A stretch of 64,000 bases of DNA. Origin: an uncultured delta proteobacterium (GTDB taxonomy: Bacteria > Myxococcota_A > Polyangia > Polyangiales > Polyangiaceae). A program made the translations under genes and the position numbers. The stretch's first letter is position 1; every line of letters begins with the position of its first letter. The notes below the pieces were generated by a model. It was given only the letters and a program-made list of their open reading frames with translations. It had not been told where the DNA came from and ran no database searches. Positions 10,139-22,471 of the stretch are shown here, in pieces. The stretch lies in assembly GCA_963696385.1 (NCBI GenBank), contig CAVOKF010000007.1:192001-256000 (forward strand), in the 5' to 3' direction.

Positions 10139-10300
10139 ATGCATCGTTACGACTATGAAACGTCGCTCTGGCGCGCAGCTGCGATCGCGCTTTGGGTTGC
10201 TGTCGCATTATCCGCCTGCGGAGGCTCCAGTGGGGGAGAAGGCCGCGGCAGCATCGCGCCGTCGAATTCAACGAAGGCGCCCGATTCCGGCACCGACTAG
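10139..10300 (+). CDS. Short lipoprotein-like ORF, in frame with the downstream gene across one TAG
   Basis: GGAGGG RBS; hydrophobic stretch plus lipobox LSAC-GG. Confidence 0.4.
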   Translation: MHRYDYETSLWRAAAIALWVAVALSACGGSSGGEGRGSIAPSNSTKAPDSGTD

Positions 10301-10363
10301 CACCTTGCCGACCGTCTGGCTCATGTCGAGAGTAGAACACTCAACATTGCCGAGGATTCCGCC

Positions 10364-10804
10364 ATGGCTCAAACCAATCCCATGAATGCCTCGATCAGCT
10401 TCCAGGGCAATGTCGCATGTGGAGGGAGCGCGACGCTCGTCCTAAAAGACGACGGAACATGCCTTTTCAACGGGAACTTCCATGACTCGGGCTTCGTACC
10501 ATACGGTGTGGCTTTCGCGATGGTCGTTCAGACCGACAGCGGGAAGGCATTTTCTTTCACCAAGACCGGTAAGGTCAACGGGACGACGGGAATCCTGGCC
10601 GATCCGTCAAGTAGCCGGGATTTCGGTTGGAACGACAGCGTCGTGAATCCGGCCATCCAGGCGGCGTGGCCGGATATCGTCAAGGGTTTCGACTTCCATT
10701 GGAAGGCCGACGTGAACGTAAACGTCGTCCAGGTTCTGCAAGACGTCGTGAACATAGTAAAGGACATTGTTCCCATCGTGGGAGAGGTGACCTCCGTCAT
10801 CTGA
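10364..10804 (+). CDS. Hypothetical protein (beta-rich, amphipathic C-terminal helix), lower GC
   Basis: 146 aa ORF with natural composition; GAGGA upstream. Confidence 0.7.
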   Translation: MAQTNPMNASISFQGNVACGGSATLVLKDDGTCLFNGNFHDSGFVPYGVAFAMVVQTDSGKAFSFTKTGKVNGTTGILADPSSSRDFGWNDSVVNPAIQAAWPDIVKGFDFHWKADVNVNVVQVLQDVVNIVKDIVPIVGEVTSVI

Positions 10805-10953
10805 GATGATTTCGGCGAAAATCAATTCGCGCCAGTTTTCAATCTCTGTGTGACGAATGCCTTTTGGCACGCCCATGCGCATGACATCACAAGCTGTAGC
10901 CTAGGGCGACGTTTTCGATGCAGCTCGCGAGGAACTCCTCGCTTTCTACCGCC

Positions 10954-11703
10954 CTATTCGGCTCTCGATGACCCACGCGCGCCACGTGCGTCCGCCGCCG
11001 ACTCGTCAAGGCGCGCCATCATGGTTCGAAGGCTTCCGACGCCGAGGCTTCCTGGCTGTGCCGTCGGGTTCCGGCGCGGCGTGGCAAGCGGGTTCGGCGT
11101 AGGCTCGCCGATCTTTCGCAGAGTGTTGCGATTCGTATGGTGGAACGGGTCTGCCGCGCCGGGGATGGCCATCACGGTGTCCTGCTCGTACGACCACATG
11201 CCGCCTGGATGAATCGTCACCTCGACAGTGACGCGCAGGGTCTTGAACGCGTGCTCCAAGAACGGATTGGAGACGATCCCGTTCGTCTCCGAGCCACGGA
11301 CGGCCTCGAGCTTGAACGTCTTCGCGCTTGACTCTGCGTTGCCGACCGCCATCGCGACCTGGGCGCGCGGAATGGTCAACGTGTAGAAGACCGTCCCGGT
11401 CGCCGGCTCCCAGAGCCAGTAGCCCACCTGATCGTGGAACGTCTCCACGGAGTCGGGCTTCACAATGTGGGTGTGGTAGCGGAGCCCATAGAGGAGCTGC
11501 GGGCCGTTCGTCTGCGGATCGATTGGCTGGAGCTCGTAGCGCTCGATGAAGATCTGCTGCTCGGGGCCTCCCGCGGTGGGATGAACATCTTCGCCGCGCG
11601 CGCTCGTCCAGATCCCTGCCATGCCGGTCAGCGGACCGAGGTTCTTCAGCGTGTCAACGTCACGGTCGGGCTCCGTGTAGATGTCAGCGGGAAAATCGGC
11701 CAT
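10954..11703 (-). CDS. FABP-like / nitrobindin (DUF1794) beta-barrel protein
   Basis: NLGPLTGMAGIW, QPIDPQTNGPQLLYGLRYH, FHDQVGYWLWEPATG, FHHTNRNTL. Confidence 0.85.
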   Translation of the reverse strand: MADFPADIYTEPDRDVDTLKNLGPLTGMAGIWTSARGEDVHPTAGGPEQQIFIERYELQPIDPQTNGPQLLYGLRYHTHIVKPDSVETFHDQVGYWLWEPATGTVFYTLTIPRAQVAMAVGNAESSAKTFKLEAVRGSETNGIVSNPFLEHAFKTLRVTVEVTIHPGGMWSYEQDTVMAIPGAADPFHHTNRNTLRKIGEPTPNPLATPRRNPTAQPGSLGVGSLRTMMARLDESAADARGARGSSRAE

Positions 11704-11872
11704 GGCTGACGAGAGCTTTACGTCGTCGTCGCCAAAAACGCGAGACCCACCGCGACGCCCTCGCGCGTCTCGGTCCGGACCGCCGTCGCGGAGGCCCCGC
11801 GAGGCCCCGAGACGCAACGGCCGCAGCGATTTTCGGGTGACTGGGATCGCGGCCGGCGCCAACCCCGGCGCG

Positions 11873-11980
11873 ATGCTCGCCATCCTGCAAGCCGCTATCG
11901 GCACGCTGCGCTCCGCGCTGCGGCGTCATGCGAGCCTCGTTGCGGAGAACCTCGGTGTCCGCTCCGCGGCCACGAACTGA
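11873..11980 (+). pseudogene. N-terminal remnant of an integrase-core (rve) transposase
   Basis: MLAILQAAIGTLRSALRRHASLVAENL resembles the LRSRxxLxxENLxLRQQL N-terminus of such transposases, then degenerates. Confidence 0.45.
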
Positions 11981-12096
11981 GCCTTCTTGAACCGGGGCGT
12001 TCCGTACCCGCGCCGAACCGCCTCCGCCTTGAGCCACGCGAACCGCGCCCGGTAAAATCGCGCGTACCGGACCGCTGGCTCAAGCGAGCGTGAGGT

Positions 12097-13335
12097 TTAG
12101 GCCTTCCGGGCGCGGGTCCCCTCCGGATGCTTGTACCAACCGGGGTCGTCGTAGCTCGTGATGCCTTCGCGAACCTTGAGCACGGTGAACATGCCCCCCA
12201 TCTCGATCGCGCCGAACGGCCCCGTGCCGGTCATCATCGGAAGCGTGTTTTTGGGGCGGCCCATATCCATCATGTCGCCCATTCCGGTTTGACCCATCGG
12301 CATCGCACCCGGCAAGGCGGCCCGGAGCTTGGCTTCGGCGTCGGGCGATCGCACCCCGATCAGGTTCGGCAGGTCGTGGTTCATCGCATTCATGGTGTGG
12401 TGCGATTTGTGACAGTGAACGGCCCAATCGCCGGGGTTGTCGGCGATCAATTCGATGTCGCGCGCCGCACCGACAGGCACGTTCGTCGTCACCTCGCGGA
12501 AGCGCGCGCTCGGCTGGATGGGCCCCGCGTCGGTTCCCGTGACCTCAAAGCGGTGTCCGTGAAGATGAATCGGGTGACTGTCCATGCTGAGGTTCGCAAA
12601 GCGAATCCGCACGCGGTCGCCTTTTTTGACGACGAGCGGCGCTGTGCCCGGCCACGCGCGGCTGTTGAACGTGAATGTGTTGAAATCGGTCATGACCGCG
12701 GGGTTGGGGCGTGAGGTCCCCGGTGCGATCGCCCACTCGTGAAGAAGGATGGCGAAGTCGCGATCGACCCGTGGGCCGCCGCGCGGGTGGATGATGAAAA
12801 AGCCCATCATCCCGAGCGCCATCTGCACCATCTCGTCCGAGTGAGGGTGATACAGGAGCGTGCCATGCTGGCGCAGCGTGAACTCGTACACATAGGTCTC
12901 GCCGGGATCGATGTGCGGCTGGACGAGGCCGGCGACGCCGTCCATACCGTTCGGCAACAGCACACCGTGCCAGTGCATGCTCGTTCGCTCGGGGAGCTTG
13001 TTCGTGACATAGAGCCGGACGCGGTCGCCTTCGACGACCTCGATGGTCGGGCCCGGGCATTGGCCATTGTACCCCCAACAGTCGACGACCATGCCCGGCG
13101 CGAACTCTCGCTTGACCGGCTCGGCTACGAGACGGAACTCCTTGACGCCGTCTCTCAGCGTCCAGGGCATCGTGCTGCCATTGGGCGTGATGACCGGCGC
13201 GTAGGCCCCCCCCGTCGCGACGGGCGCCGGGGTCGCGGTCGGCGGCGTTTGCCCCGCGGCGCTACGCGTGCGGAGAAGCCCGAGGCCTCCGGCCAAAAGA
13301 GTCCCGGCAGAAAGCATCCGTCGTCGCGTGATCAC
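12097..13335 (-). CDS. Tat-exported multicopper oxidase (copper resistance)
   Basis: TRRRML Tat motif; HWHG, YHPH, HPIHLHGH, HCHKSHH copper ligands; Met-rich segment. Confidence 0.93.
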   Translation of the reverse strand: MITRRRMLSAGTLLAGGLGLLRTRSAAGQTPPTATPAPVATGGAYAPVITPNGSTMPWTLRDGVKEFRLVAEPVKREFAPGMVVDCWGYNGQCPGPTIEVVEGDRVRLYVTNKLPERTSMHWHGVLLPNGMDGVAGLVQPHIDPGETYVYEFTLRQHGTLLYHPHSDEMVQMALGMMGFFIIHPRGGPRVDRDFAILLHEWAIAPGTSRPNPAVMTDFNTFTFNSRAWPGTAPLVVKKGDRVRIRFANLSMDSHPIHLHGHRFEVTGTDAGPIQPSARFREVTTNVPVGAARDIELIADNPGDWAVHCHKSHHTMNAMNHDLPNLIGVRSPDAEAKLRAALPGAMPMGQTGMGDMMDMGRPKNTLPMMTGTGPFGAIEMGGMFTVLKVREGITSYDDPGWYKHPEGTRARKA

Positions 13336-13375
13336 GGCTGCACCTCACGGTTGGGTAAGTGAGTTCGATGCGCGT

Positions 13376-14767
13376 TCATGGCTCGGCCCTCGAAGAAGGA
13401 TCCGGCGAGACGCTGGGGACGGCAGACGCAACGGCGCGCTCGAGATCGGCACGCGCGATCCAATAGTCGCGGAGCGACTCGATGAACTGCCGGTGCGCGT
13501 CGACCTCATTCTGTTTGGCGGTGAGGAGCTGGTAGGCCCCGAGAAGCATCGCGTCGTACTGCTGCTGCGACAATCTCACCGCGCCCTCCCGCAGAGGCAC
13601 CACCACCTTGGCGTACCGTGCGACGACGTCGCGCATCGCGACGAGACGCCCTCGCGCGGCGCGCACCTCGGAGCGAATGTCCACGGCCAGCGCGTTCTCG
13701 CGAGCCTGCGCCTGGCGAAGCTGGCCTTGCAGGCGCGCGATAACCGCTTGCCTCTGATCGAAGATCGGCAGATCGAGCGACACACTCGGAGTGACGGCCG
13801 TGTAGCGCTCCGGCGATCGTTCGAACGTGGCTCCCGCCGCCGGCCTTGCGATGAAGCGAAAGTTCTTCGCCATGGCGACCGCGTGCGAGAGCGCCTGCGT
13901 TTGCTCGTGTGCGGACGCGAGGTCCAAGCGCCCGCGAATCGCCTGCGCCTCGAGATGGTCGAGCGGGGGATCCGCAGGCGCGAGCTCCGGAAGGTTCGGA
14001 GGCACCTGAAACGAGGCCTCCAAACCCCACAGCCCGAGAAGCCGGGTCAGCGCCTCTCGGGCCGTCAGGACGTCCGCTTCGCTCCGGCGCACGTCCGCGC
14101 GAAGCTGCTCGTACAGGGCTTTCTGATTGACGAGGTCGAGGTCGTTGATGTTGCCCGCCGCGTGCTGGGCTTCCGCGAGGGCCACGGCCGCGTCTCCGGT
14201 CTCGAGCACGGTCTGGCGCATCGCCCGCAACTGTTGCGCGGCGACGAGCCTGTAGTACGCGACCTGGACGTCGAACGTCGTCCGAAGAACGGCATCGCCG
14301 ACGCGCAGTTTGGTCGCTTCGAGCTCAGCGGCCGCGACCTTCTTGCGCGCCGAGAGCGTCAAGACGGAGAGAAAGTCCTGGGCTACTCCGAGGCCGAATC
14401 CCGTCTGCACATCCGACCCGGCGATCGGGACGGTCACACCTGCCGAGAACGAGGGGTTCTGCAGCAGCCCGGCCTGGACGAGATCCGCTTGCGCGATGGT
14501 CAGATCCTCGTAGACGGCCTGCAGCTCTTCGTTGTTGAGGAGCGCAATCTGGACGGCTCCGTCGACCGAAAGGTCGCGGCTCGTCAGCTCGCGGATGCGG
14601 CGCGCAACCGCCTCGTCGGCGGCACCTCCCTGATTCCAGAAGATGCGGCGCCCCGTGCGCGCCTCGACGAGCTGCGCCGTATCGCGGAAGGCAGGCGCGG
14701 CCGAGGTCGAGAGGCACGCCGGCGCCAGGGCCACGATTGGCCAGAGGGCCAGCAGACCGTGACGCAT
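13376..14767 (-). CDS. TolC-family outer membrane lipoprotein (copper cluster)
   Basis: Lipobox LAPAC, AVQIALLNN, QAGLLQNP, LPIFDQ, YWIARADLERAV. Confidence 0.9.
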   Translation of the reverse strand: MRHGLLALWPIVALAPACLSTSAAPAFRDTAQLVEARTGRRIFWNQGGAADEAVARRIRELTSRDLSVDGAVQIALLNNEELQAVYEDLTIAQADLVQAGLLQNPSFSAGVTVPIAGSDVQTGFGLGVAQDFLSVLTLSARKKVAAAELEATKLRVGDAVLRTTFDVQVAYYRLVAAQQLRAMRQTVLETGDAAVALAEAQHAAGNINDLDLVNQKALYEQLRADVRRSEADVLTAREALTRLLGLWGLEASFQVPPNLPELAPADPPLDHLEAQAIRGRLDLASAHEQTQALSHAVAMAKNFRFIARPAAGATFERSPERYTAVTPSVSLDLPIFDQRQAVIARLQGQLRQAQARENALAVDIRSEVRAARGRLVAMRDVVARYAKVVVPLREGAVRLSQQQYDAMLLGAYQLLTAKQNEVDAHRQFIESLRDYWIARADLERAVASAVPSVSPDPSSRAEP

Positions 14768-15015
14768 CAGTGCGATGCTCCGGAGTTGGCCGAGGCGGGC
14801 GCCTGACCCTCGGGGTAAACCGCGGGCGCCGGCGGACTCGGACCGCCGGCGTCCCCGTTGGCGGTAGGTCGAGCGGCCGGTGAGACCTCACCCGGGGGTG
14901 GTGTTTCGGGCGCGTCCGGGTTCGACGGATTGCGCGCAGTTCGCGCGGGCAACGTTCCGTCGGCGCAGGCAGCTGCGAAGGCCCCGACGATGGCAAAAGG
15001 AAAAAGGGCGTTCAT
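14767..15015 (-). CDS. Small Pro-rich lipoprotein, first gene of the copper operon
   Basis: Lipobox AAAC, NPSNPDAPE; TGATG coupling to tolC. Confidence 0.6.
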   Translation of the reverse strand: MNALFPFAIVGAFAAACADGTLPARTARNPSNPDAPETPPPGEVSPAARPTANGDAGGPSPPAPAVYPEGQAPASANSGASH

Positions 15016-15139
15016 GGCGTGGATTCCTGAGAAAGGGGGCCGCGAGCGTCGCAACGACGAAGACTGGGGCGCGCCAAAGGCGGGAGTCTAACGCGAGCAA
15101 CGAACGGAAGCGCCGAGGGACGGACGGGGGATGGGATGC

Positions 15140-15290
15140 GTCAGGTGGTCGCGACGAGCAGGTCTTGCCGCTCGACGGCCGCAGGCCATCCGACCGAGCC
15201 GCGGAGTAGCGTTCGGCGAGCGTGCTCGGCGACACGTGCCGGACTTCTCGGAAGCCGGCTTCGCGGGCCAGCGCCAACCTCTCGCTATCG
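15140..15290 (-). pseudogene. C-terminal remnant of a SAM-dependent methyltransferase
   Basis: LAREAGFREVRHVSPSTLAERY..RSDGLRP...DLLVATT resembles an LCM-like methyltransferase C-terminus; no N-terminus is present. Confidence 0.5.
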
Positions 15291-15499
15291 CCGGTGCAGT
15301 GACGAAAAAACGAGGCCGGCAGGACCGGCGCAGGGGGGGAACGCGCATCGTCCCCGCCAGCCTCATCTTACACTGTAAGGCTCGTCCGAGAGATGTCAAA
15401 GGCCGCTACGTTGGAGCGCGGGTGAGCGCATCGTGGGCGAGTCGCTTGCGCATCCTCTCGACCACCGCGAGAATCGCGCCACCTGCGGCCGCGGCCCCG

Positions 15500-15590
15500 G
15501 CGGCTCGTGGCAAGCGCGCGCACTTCACTGCGGCATCGAAGTCGTCCACCTCGAACCACAGAAGGACCCCGTGCCCCGCTGTGCCAGTCC
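15500..15590 (-). pseudogene. VOC/glyoxalase-family fragment
   Basis: Hand translation gives GHGVLLWFEVDDFDAAVKCAR with no start or N-terminal half. Confidence 0.45.
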
Positions 15591-15651
15591 GGACGGCGAG
15601 GCGTTAGGCTCGTGACACGCGCGGAGCCGGCGGCGGGTCCGGTGGTTCGGT

Positions 15652-16038
15652 CTAGGGGGATGCGGTGCAGCCTGCCAGCACGCCACAAACCTGAAGAGCC
15701 AAAGACGACCCGCCCACGGCGCACGACTGTGTGCCGCAGGTACCTGCGTCTCCACACTCTGCATTCGTTCTGCATAGTTGCACAGGGAATGCACCGCCGC
15801 ACGACTCCTGGCAGGCCGTGCCGATCCCGACGGAAGTGTTCGTGACAAGGCAACACACGGCGCTGCCGTCATCGCAGTCCACCGCGGAAACACAAGCAAA
15901 CGCCAGGCACCCGCCGTCCCCGCCGTCACTGCACCCTGGACCCGCGTCCCTTGCGGAGTAGCCGTCGGTGCCTCCCGTGACAAGAATGCAGCCCGCGGCC
16001 ATCGAAGCCGCGAACGACATAGCCACCCCTTTTTTCAT
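15652..16038 (-). CDS. Small Cys-rich putative lipoprotein
   Basis: Lipobox AAGC; CVSAVDC..VCC..CQESC..QLCRTNAEC; TGATG overlap with the upstream gene. Confidence 0.6.
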   Translation of the reverse strand: MKKGVAMSFAASMAAGCILVTGGTDGYSARDAGPGCSDGGDGGCLAFACVSAVDCDDGSAVCCLVTNTSVGIGTACQESCGGAFPVQLCRTNAECGDAGTCGTQSCAVGGSSLALQVCGVLAGCTASP

Positions 16039-16544
16039 CAAAAACCAGTCCGCAGGGAGAGCCCCCCGCCAGACCCGATCGGCGCGACCCCGATCTGCGT
16101 TTCCGGCTGGAGGTCGCCCTGGTTGGAAAGCAGTAAAAACGCGCCCACGCCGAGGCCCACCGCGGCGAGGGCCCATGTCCCGATGTTCCATCCGGAGGTG
16201 TTCGCGATGCCAGCGTCGGCATTCAGTCCGGCGGGGGAGCAAGCCTTGCTGGCGTCGCAGTGGGCGTCCCTTACGCTCTTGTCGTGCAGCATGATGACCG
16301 ATGTCACGGCGGCGACGAACCCGGCTGACGTTCCGACCCCCATGGCGAACCAACCGCCTAGAAGCGCTCTATCGCGCGCGTCCTGAGCCCGTCGCGTCTC
16401 GACCCGGGCCGGCGAAGCGGCCGATGAAGAGGCACCCTCGGCGACCCACGTGCGCGCTGGAGCGACAGCCGGGAGGGACCCTCGAGGTGCACACGCGGCC
16501 AGCCAAGTGCAGGTCACTATCGTGCTAGAAAGGCGCTGTTTCAT
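16038..16544 (-). CDS. Hypothetical exported/membrane protein (PEGA-protein-like C-terminus)
   Basis: Lipobox LAAC, two hydrophobic helices around C-x5-C, ends GGGLSLRTGF like the gene at 30300. Confidence 0.65.
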   Translation of the reverse strand: MKQRLSSTIVTCTWLAACAPRGSLPAVAPARTWVAEGASSSAASPARVETRRAQDARDRALLGGWFAMGVGTSAGFVAAVTSVIMLHDKSVRDAHCDASKACSPAGLNADAGIANTSGWNIGTWALAAVGLGVGAFLLLSNQGDLQPETQIGVAPIGSGGGLSLRTGF

Positions 16545-16681
16545 GGGGCCAGGCCGCGCAAGTTAGCACGCGAGCGCGCGCTGCCCGACCCGAGGCGACG
16601 ACTACCGCCTCGTCGGATCCAGCCTAGACGGCGTGGGCAGAAAAGCTCGCCCACGAGCTGTCGACCGACGGGGCGGGCCCG

Positions 16682-18379
16682 TCAGGCGGAAGGGGCGACG
16701 TCGGGCCGCTCGCGTTCGGCGCTCTTGGTCTCGAAGCTGCGGCGCAGTTCGGGCAAGTTGGCGGCGAGGACGCTGAACTCTCGCTTGGGCAGGGCGAGCA
16801 CGTCCATCGCCTCGGCGCACCGCACCGTGGCATTGCGCGTCGCCATGTGAAGCAGCGCCATCTCGCCGAAGTATTCTCCGCGGGCAAGCGTAGCGAGTTT
16901 CGATCCGCCCCGGAGGACGTCGGCCTTGCCGCTCAAGATGATGTACACACGGTCTCCCACGTCGCCCTCGTGAAAGACCTCTTGGCCCGGCTCGAAGTGC
17001 TCTTGGGTGACCCCCACCGAGCTGCCGAGCCGAAGCTGAACGAGCTCGGGCGGCAGGAAGAGGTCGAGCGTCCACGAGGCGGCGATTTTCACGCGCCGCG
17101 CCCAGCCGGGGACCTTCAACAGATAGATCGTCCTCCAGAGAAACCATGCGACGAATCCGGACACCGGAATCCCGAAGACTTCGGCGACCGCCGACCGATG
17201 CCCGAGCGACCCCATTTTGCCGAGCCCCTTGAACGCGAACGCCTTGAGCGGGCCGCCGCGCAGGCGGGCGACGATGTTTTCGGCCGCCGTGCTCGCCTGG
17301 CGGATCGCGTGCTGCGCCGTCGGCGGTGCGAACCCGCCGCCGGGAGCCGGCACCATCGCGCAGTCGCCGACGGCCCAGAGGTGGTCGCTCCCTTTGAGCG
17401 CGAGCATCGCGTCGACTTCGATGCGTCCGTTCTTGGTCTTGGGCAGGGGCAGCGCGTCGACGAGCGGGTGGGCCGACGAAGGAACGGTGGAAATGATCGT
17501 CTTCGTCTCGAGGACCGTCCCGTCCGCGAGCAGCGCGCCGTCGCCGGTCGCGGCCGTCAGCCGGGCGTGCAGCAGGATTTCGACCCCGCGCTCGGTCAGA
17601 ATCCGCGCAGCGAACGCCGCCAGTTTGGCGCCCATCTCCGGCAGGATGCGATCTTGCGAGTGCACGAGCACGACGCGGATCTCCTTGGGGTCGATCCCGC
17701 GGTATTGCGCCGCCACTTCGCGCACGAAGTCGTTGAGCTCGGCGCACACCTCCACGCCCGAGAAGCCGCCGCCCGCGACGACGAACGTGAGCAGCCGCTT
17801 GCGAAGAGCCCGGTCGTGCTGCTCGATCGCGGCCTCTTCGAGGGCGCGGATCACGTGGTTGCGAAGCGTCAGCGCGTCGCTCAGCGTCTTGAACGGGAAG
17901 GCGTGCTCGGGTAGCCCTCGCAGCCCCCGAAAGTCGGTGACGGTTCCGAGCGCGAAGACCAAGTGGTCGTACGGCAAGACGTGCGGGTGCGGGTGAAAAC
18001 CGGTGCTCGTCGTGATCGTCTTGTTCTTCAGGTCGATCGATTCCACTTCCCGCACGTGGAGCTCTGTCTTCGGCAAGATGCGCCGGATCGGGCTGACGAC
18101 GTCGACGAGGCCGATCTGCCCGGAAATCACTTCGGGCAGCAGCGGCTGGAAGACGAAGTGATTTTCCTTGTTGATGAGGACGATTTCGAAGTCGTCCCGC
18201 TCGAGCGCCTCGAGCGCCGCGCACGTGTAGACGCCCGCGAACCCGCCGCCCAACACGACGACGCGCTTCTTGTTGGGGTCGTGCACGCGCACCATGACGG
18301 CGGGGCGGCGGCGTGCGCCGAGGACGAGAGCCGCGAACGCGGTGGCGACGGCGATCGTGGCGAGGACGGCGTAGGGCAT
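16682..18379 (-). CDS. ndh: Type II NADH dehydrogenase-like flavoprotein fused to a C-terminal cyclic-nucleotide-binding domain
   Basis: VVVLGGGFAG, FQPLLPEV, YDHLVFALG, VVAGGGFSGVE, WAVGDCA, PPTAQHA; C-terminal FHEGDVGDRVYIILSG and GEYFGEMALL..RNATVRC. Confidence 0.88.
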   Translation of the reverse strand: MPYAVLATIAVATAFAALVLGARRRPAVMVRVHDPNKKRVVVLGGGFAGVYTCAALEALERDDFEIVLINKENHFVFQPLLPEVISGQIGLVDVVSPIRRILPKTELHVREVESIDLKNKTITTSTGFHPHPHVLPYDHLVFALGTVTDFRGLRGLPEHAFPFKTLSDALTLRNHVIRALEEAAIEQHDRALRKRLLTFVVAGGGFSGVEVCAELNDFVREVAAQYRGIDPKEIRVVLVHSQDRILPEMGAKLAAFAARILTERGVEILLHARLTAATGDGALLADGTVLETKTIISTVPSSAHPLVDALPLPKTKNGRIEVDAMLALKGSDHLWAVGDCAMVPAPGGGFAPPTAQHAIRQASTAAENIVARLRGGPLKAFAFKGLGKMGSLGHRSAVAEVFGIPVSGFVAWFLWRTIYLLKVPGWARRVKIAASWTLDLFLPPELVQLRLGSSVGVTQEHFEPGQEVFHEGDVGDRVYIILSGKADVLRGGSKLATLARGEYFGEMALLHMATRNATVRCAEAMDVLALPKREFSVLAANLPELRRSFETKSAERERPDVAPSA

Positions 18380-18433
18380 GGGCTTCCCGTGGAGTGCGTG
18401 GTGGCGCGAGGGTGGGCTCGCAGGGCGTGCGGG

Positions 18434-21073
<2,640 letters not shown>

Positions 21074-21339
21074 CGGGGCAGGATCTCCATCACGTGACCA
21101 TCGGGGTCAAGCCGCTCGCGATCGCCGGGCGGCCCGAGGTTCGCTTGCTCTCTCATCTTGGTCCCGTCTGCTCTGACCGGGCCTACGTGTCGGCGACGAC
21201 GCGGTTACCGGCGATCGCCCGCGTAACTTTTCCGCCCGAAAGTCGTACCCGGGCTGCACGCCTGCATCGGTAGACGGGGCGAGCCCGCAAGGACGTTCGG
21301 CGAGCCACGCCCGAAACCCGAAATGAGGAGACGAGAGGG

Positions 21340-22107
21340 ATGAAGCTCCGAGGAAAAGTAGCGATCGTGACCGGCAGCAGCCAAGGCATCGGCCGGGGAA
21401 TCGCCAAGCGTTTCGCGCAAGAAGGCGCGAACGTCGTCATCAACTACAGCAAGAACCCGGAACCGGCGCGCGAAGCGCTGGCCGACGTCGAGGCGGCAGG
21501 CGGCGCCGGGTTGATGCTCAAAGCGAACCTGGGCGACGTTCCGGAGATCCAGAAGCTCGTCGAAGACGCCATCGCGCACTTCGGCGGTGTCGACATCCTC
21601 GTCAACAACGCGGGTGTCGAGAGGCACGCCGCTTTCTGGGACGTCACGGAGCAAGACTACGACGCCGTCGTCGACGTGAACTTGAAAGGCGTCTTCTTCG
21701 CGACGCAGGCGGTGGTTCGGCACCTGCGCGACGCGAAGAAGCCCGGCCGGATCGTGACCGTGAGCTCCGTGCACGAGGAGCTGCCGTTTCCGAACTTCGC
21801 CGCATATTGCGCGAGCAAGGGCGGCGTGAAGATGCTCACGCGCAACCTCGCGATCGAGCTCGCCCCGTTCGGGATCACGGTCAATGCCGTCGCTCCCGGC
21901 GCGATCGAGACACCGATCAACCGCGCCCTCTTGAACGACCCGAAGAAACTCGGCCCGCTCCTCGAGCAGATCCCGCTCGGGCGCCTCGGTCAGCCGGAAG
22001 ACGTGGCCGGCGTCGTCGCCTTCCTCGCGTCGTCGGAGGCGAGTTACGTGACGGGGAGCACGTACTTCGTCGATGGCGGACTCACCTGGAATTACCAAGA
22101 ACAATGA
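21340..22107 (+). CDS. Glucose 1-dehydrogenase-like SDR oxidoreductase
   Basis: TGSSQGIG, NNAG, SSVHE, YCASKGG, PGAIETPIN. Confidence 0.9.
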   Translation: MKLRGKVAIVTGSSQGIGRGIAKRFAQEGANVVINYSKNPEPAREALADVEAAGGAGLMLKANLGDVPEIQKLVEDAIAHFGGVDILVNNAGVERHAAFWDVTEQDYDAVVDVNLKGVFFATQAVVRHLRDAKKPGRIVTVSSVHEELPFPNFAAYCASKGGVKMLTRNLAIELAPFGITVNAVAPGAIETPINRALLNDPKKLGPLLEQIPLGRLGQPEDVAGVVAFLASSEASYVTGSTYFVDGGLTWNYQEQ

Positions 22108-22471
22108 CCGCCCATGCGGGCGAGCTCGGATGCCGTCGACTTGGAGATCCGAACGCCACCTGCCCATGATGCCTACTCGCCTTGCGGCCGCTCGTGGCCG
22201 CCGGCGACCTTTCATCCTCGTCTTGCGACCGTCCATCGGAAATGACGGGAGCCCGCGACGAAGCGGTGGGACAAAGGGCGCAAAGGAGTTCTCGCCATGT
22301 CCCGTCCCCGTCTCCTCGATGGGTCCGTCGGCGGCGGAGGCGCGGCGGTCGCCGGCGTGACGTTCTACCCGTTCGCGTCGTTCGAGCCTGCCGTGCGCGA
22401 GGCTGCGCGCTGAGTCACGCTCGCCCGTCCGAGCCCGTGACAGCGCTCGCGTCTTGCATCAGAGTGCGCCG

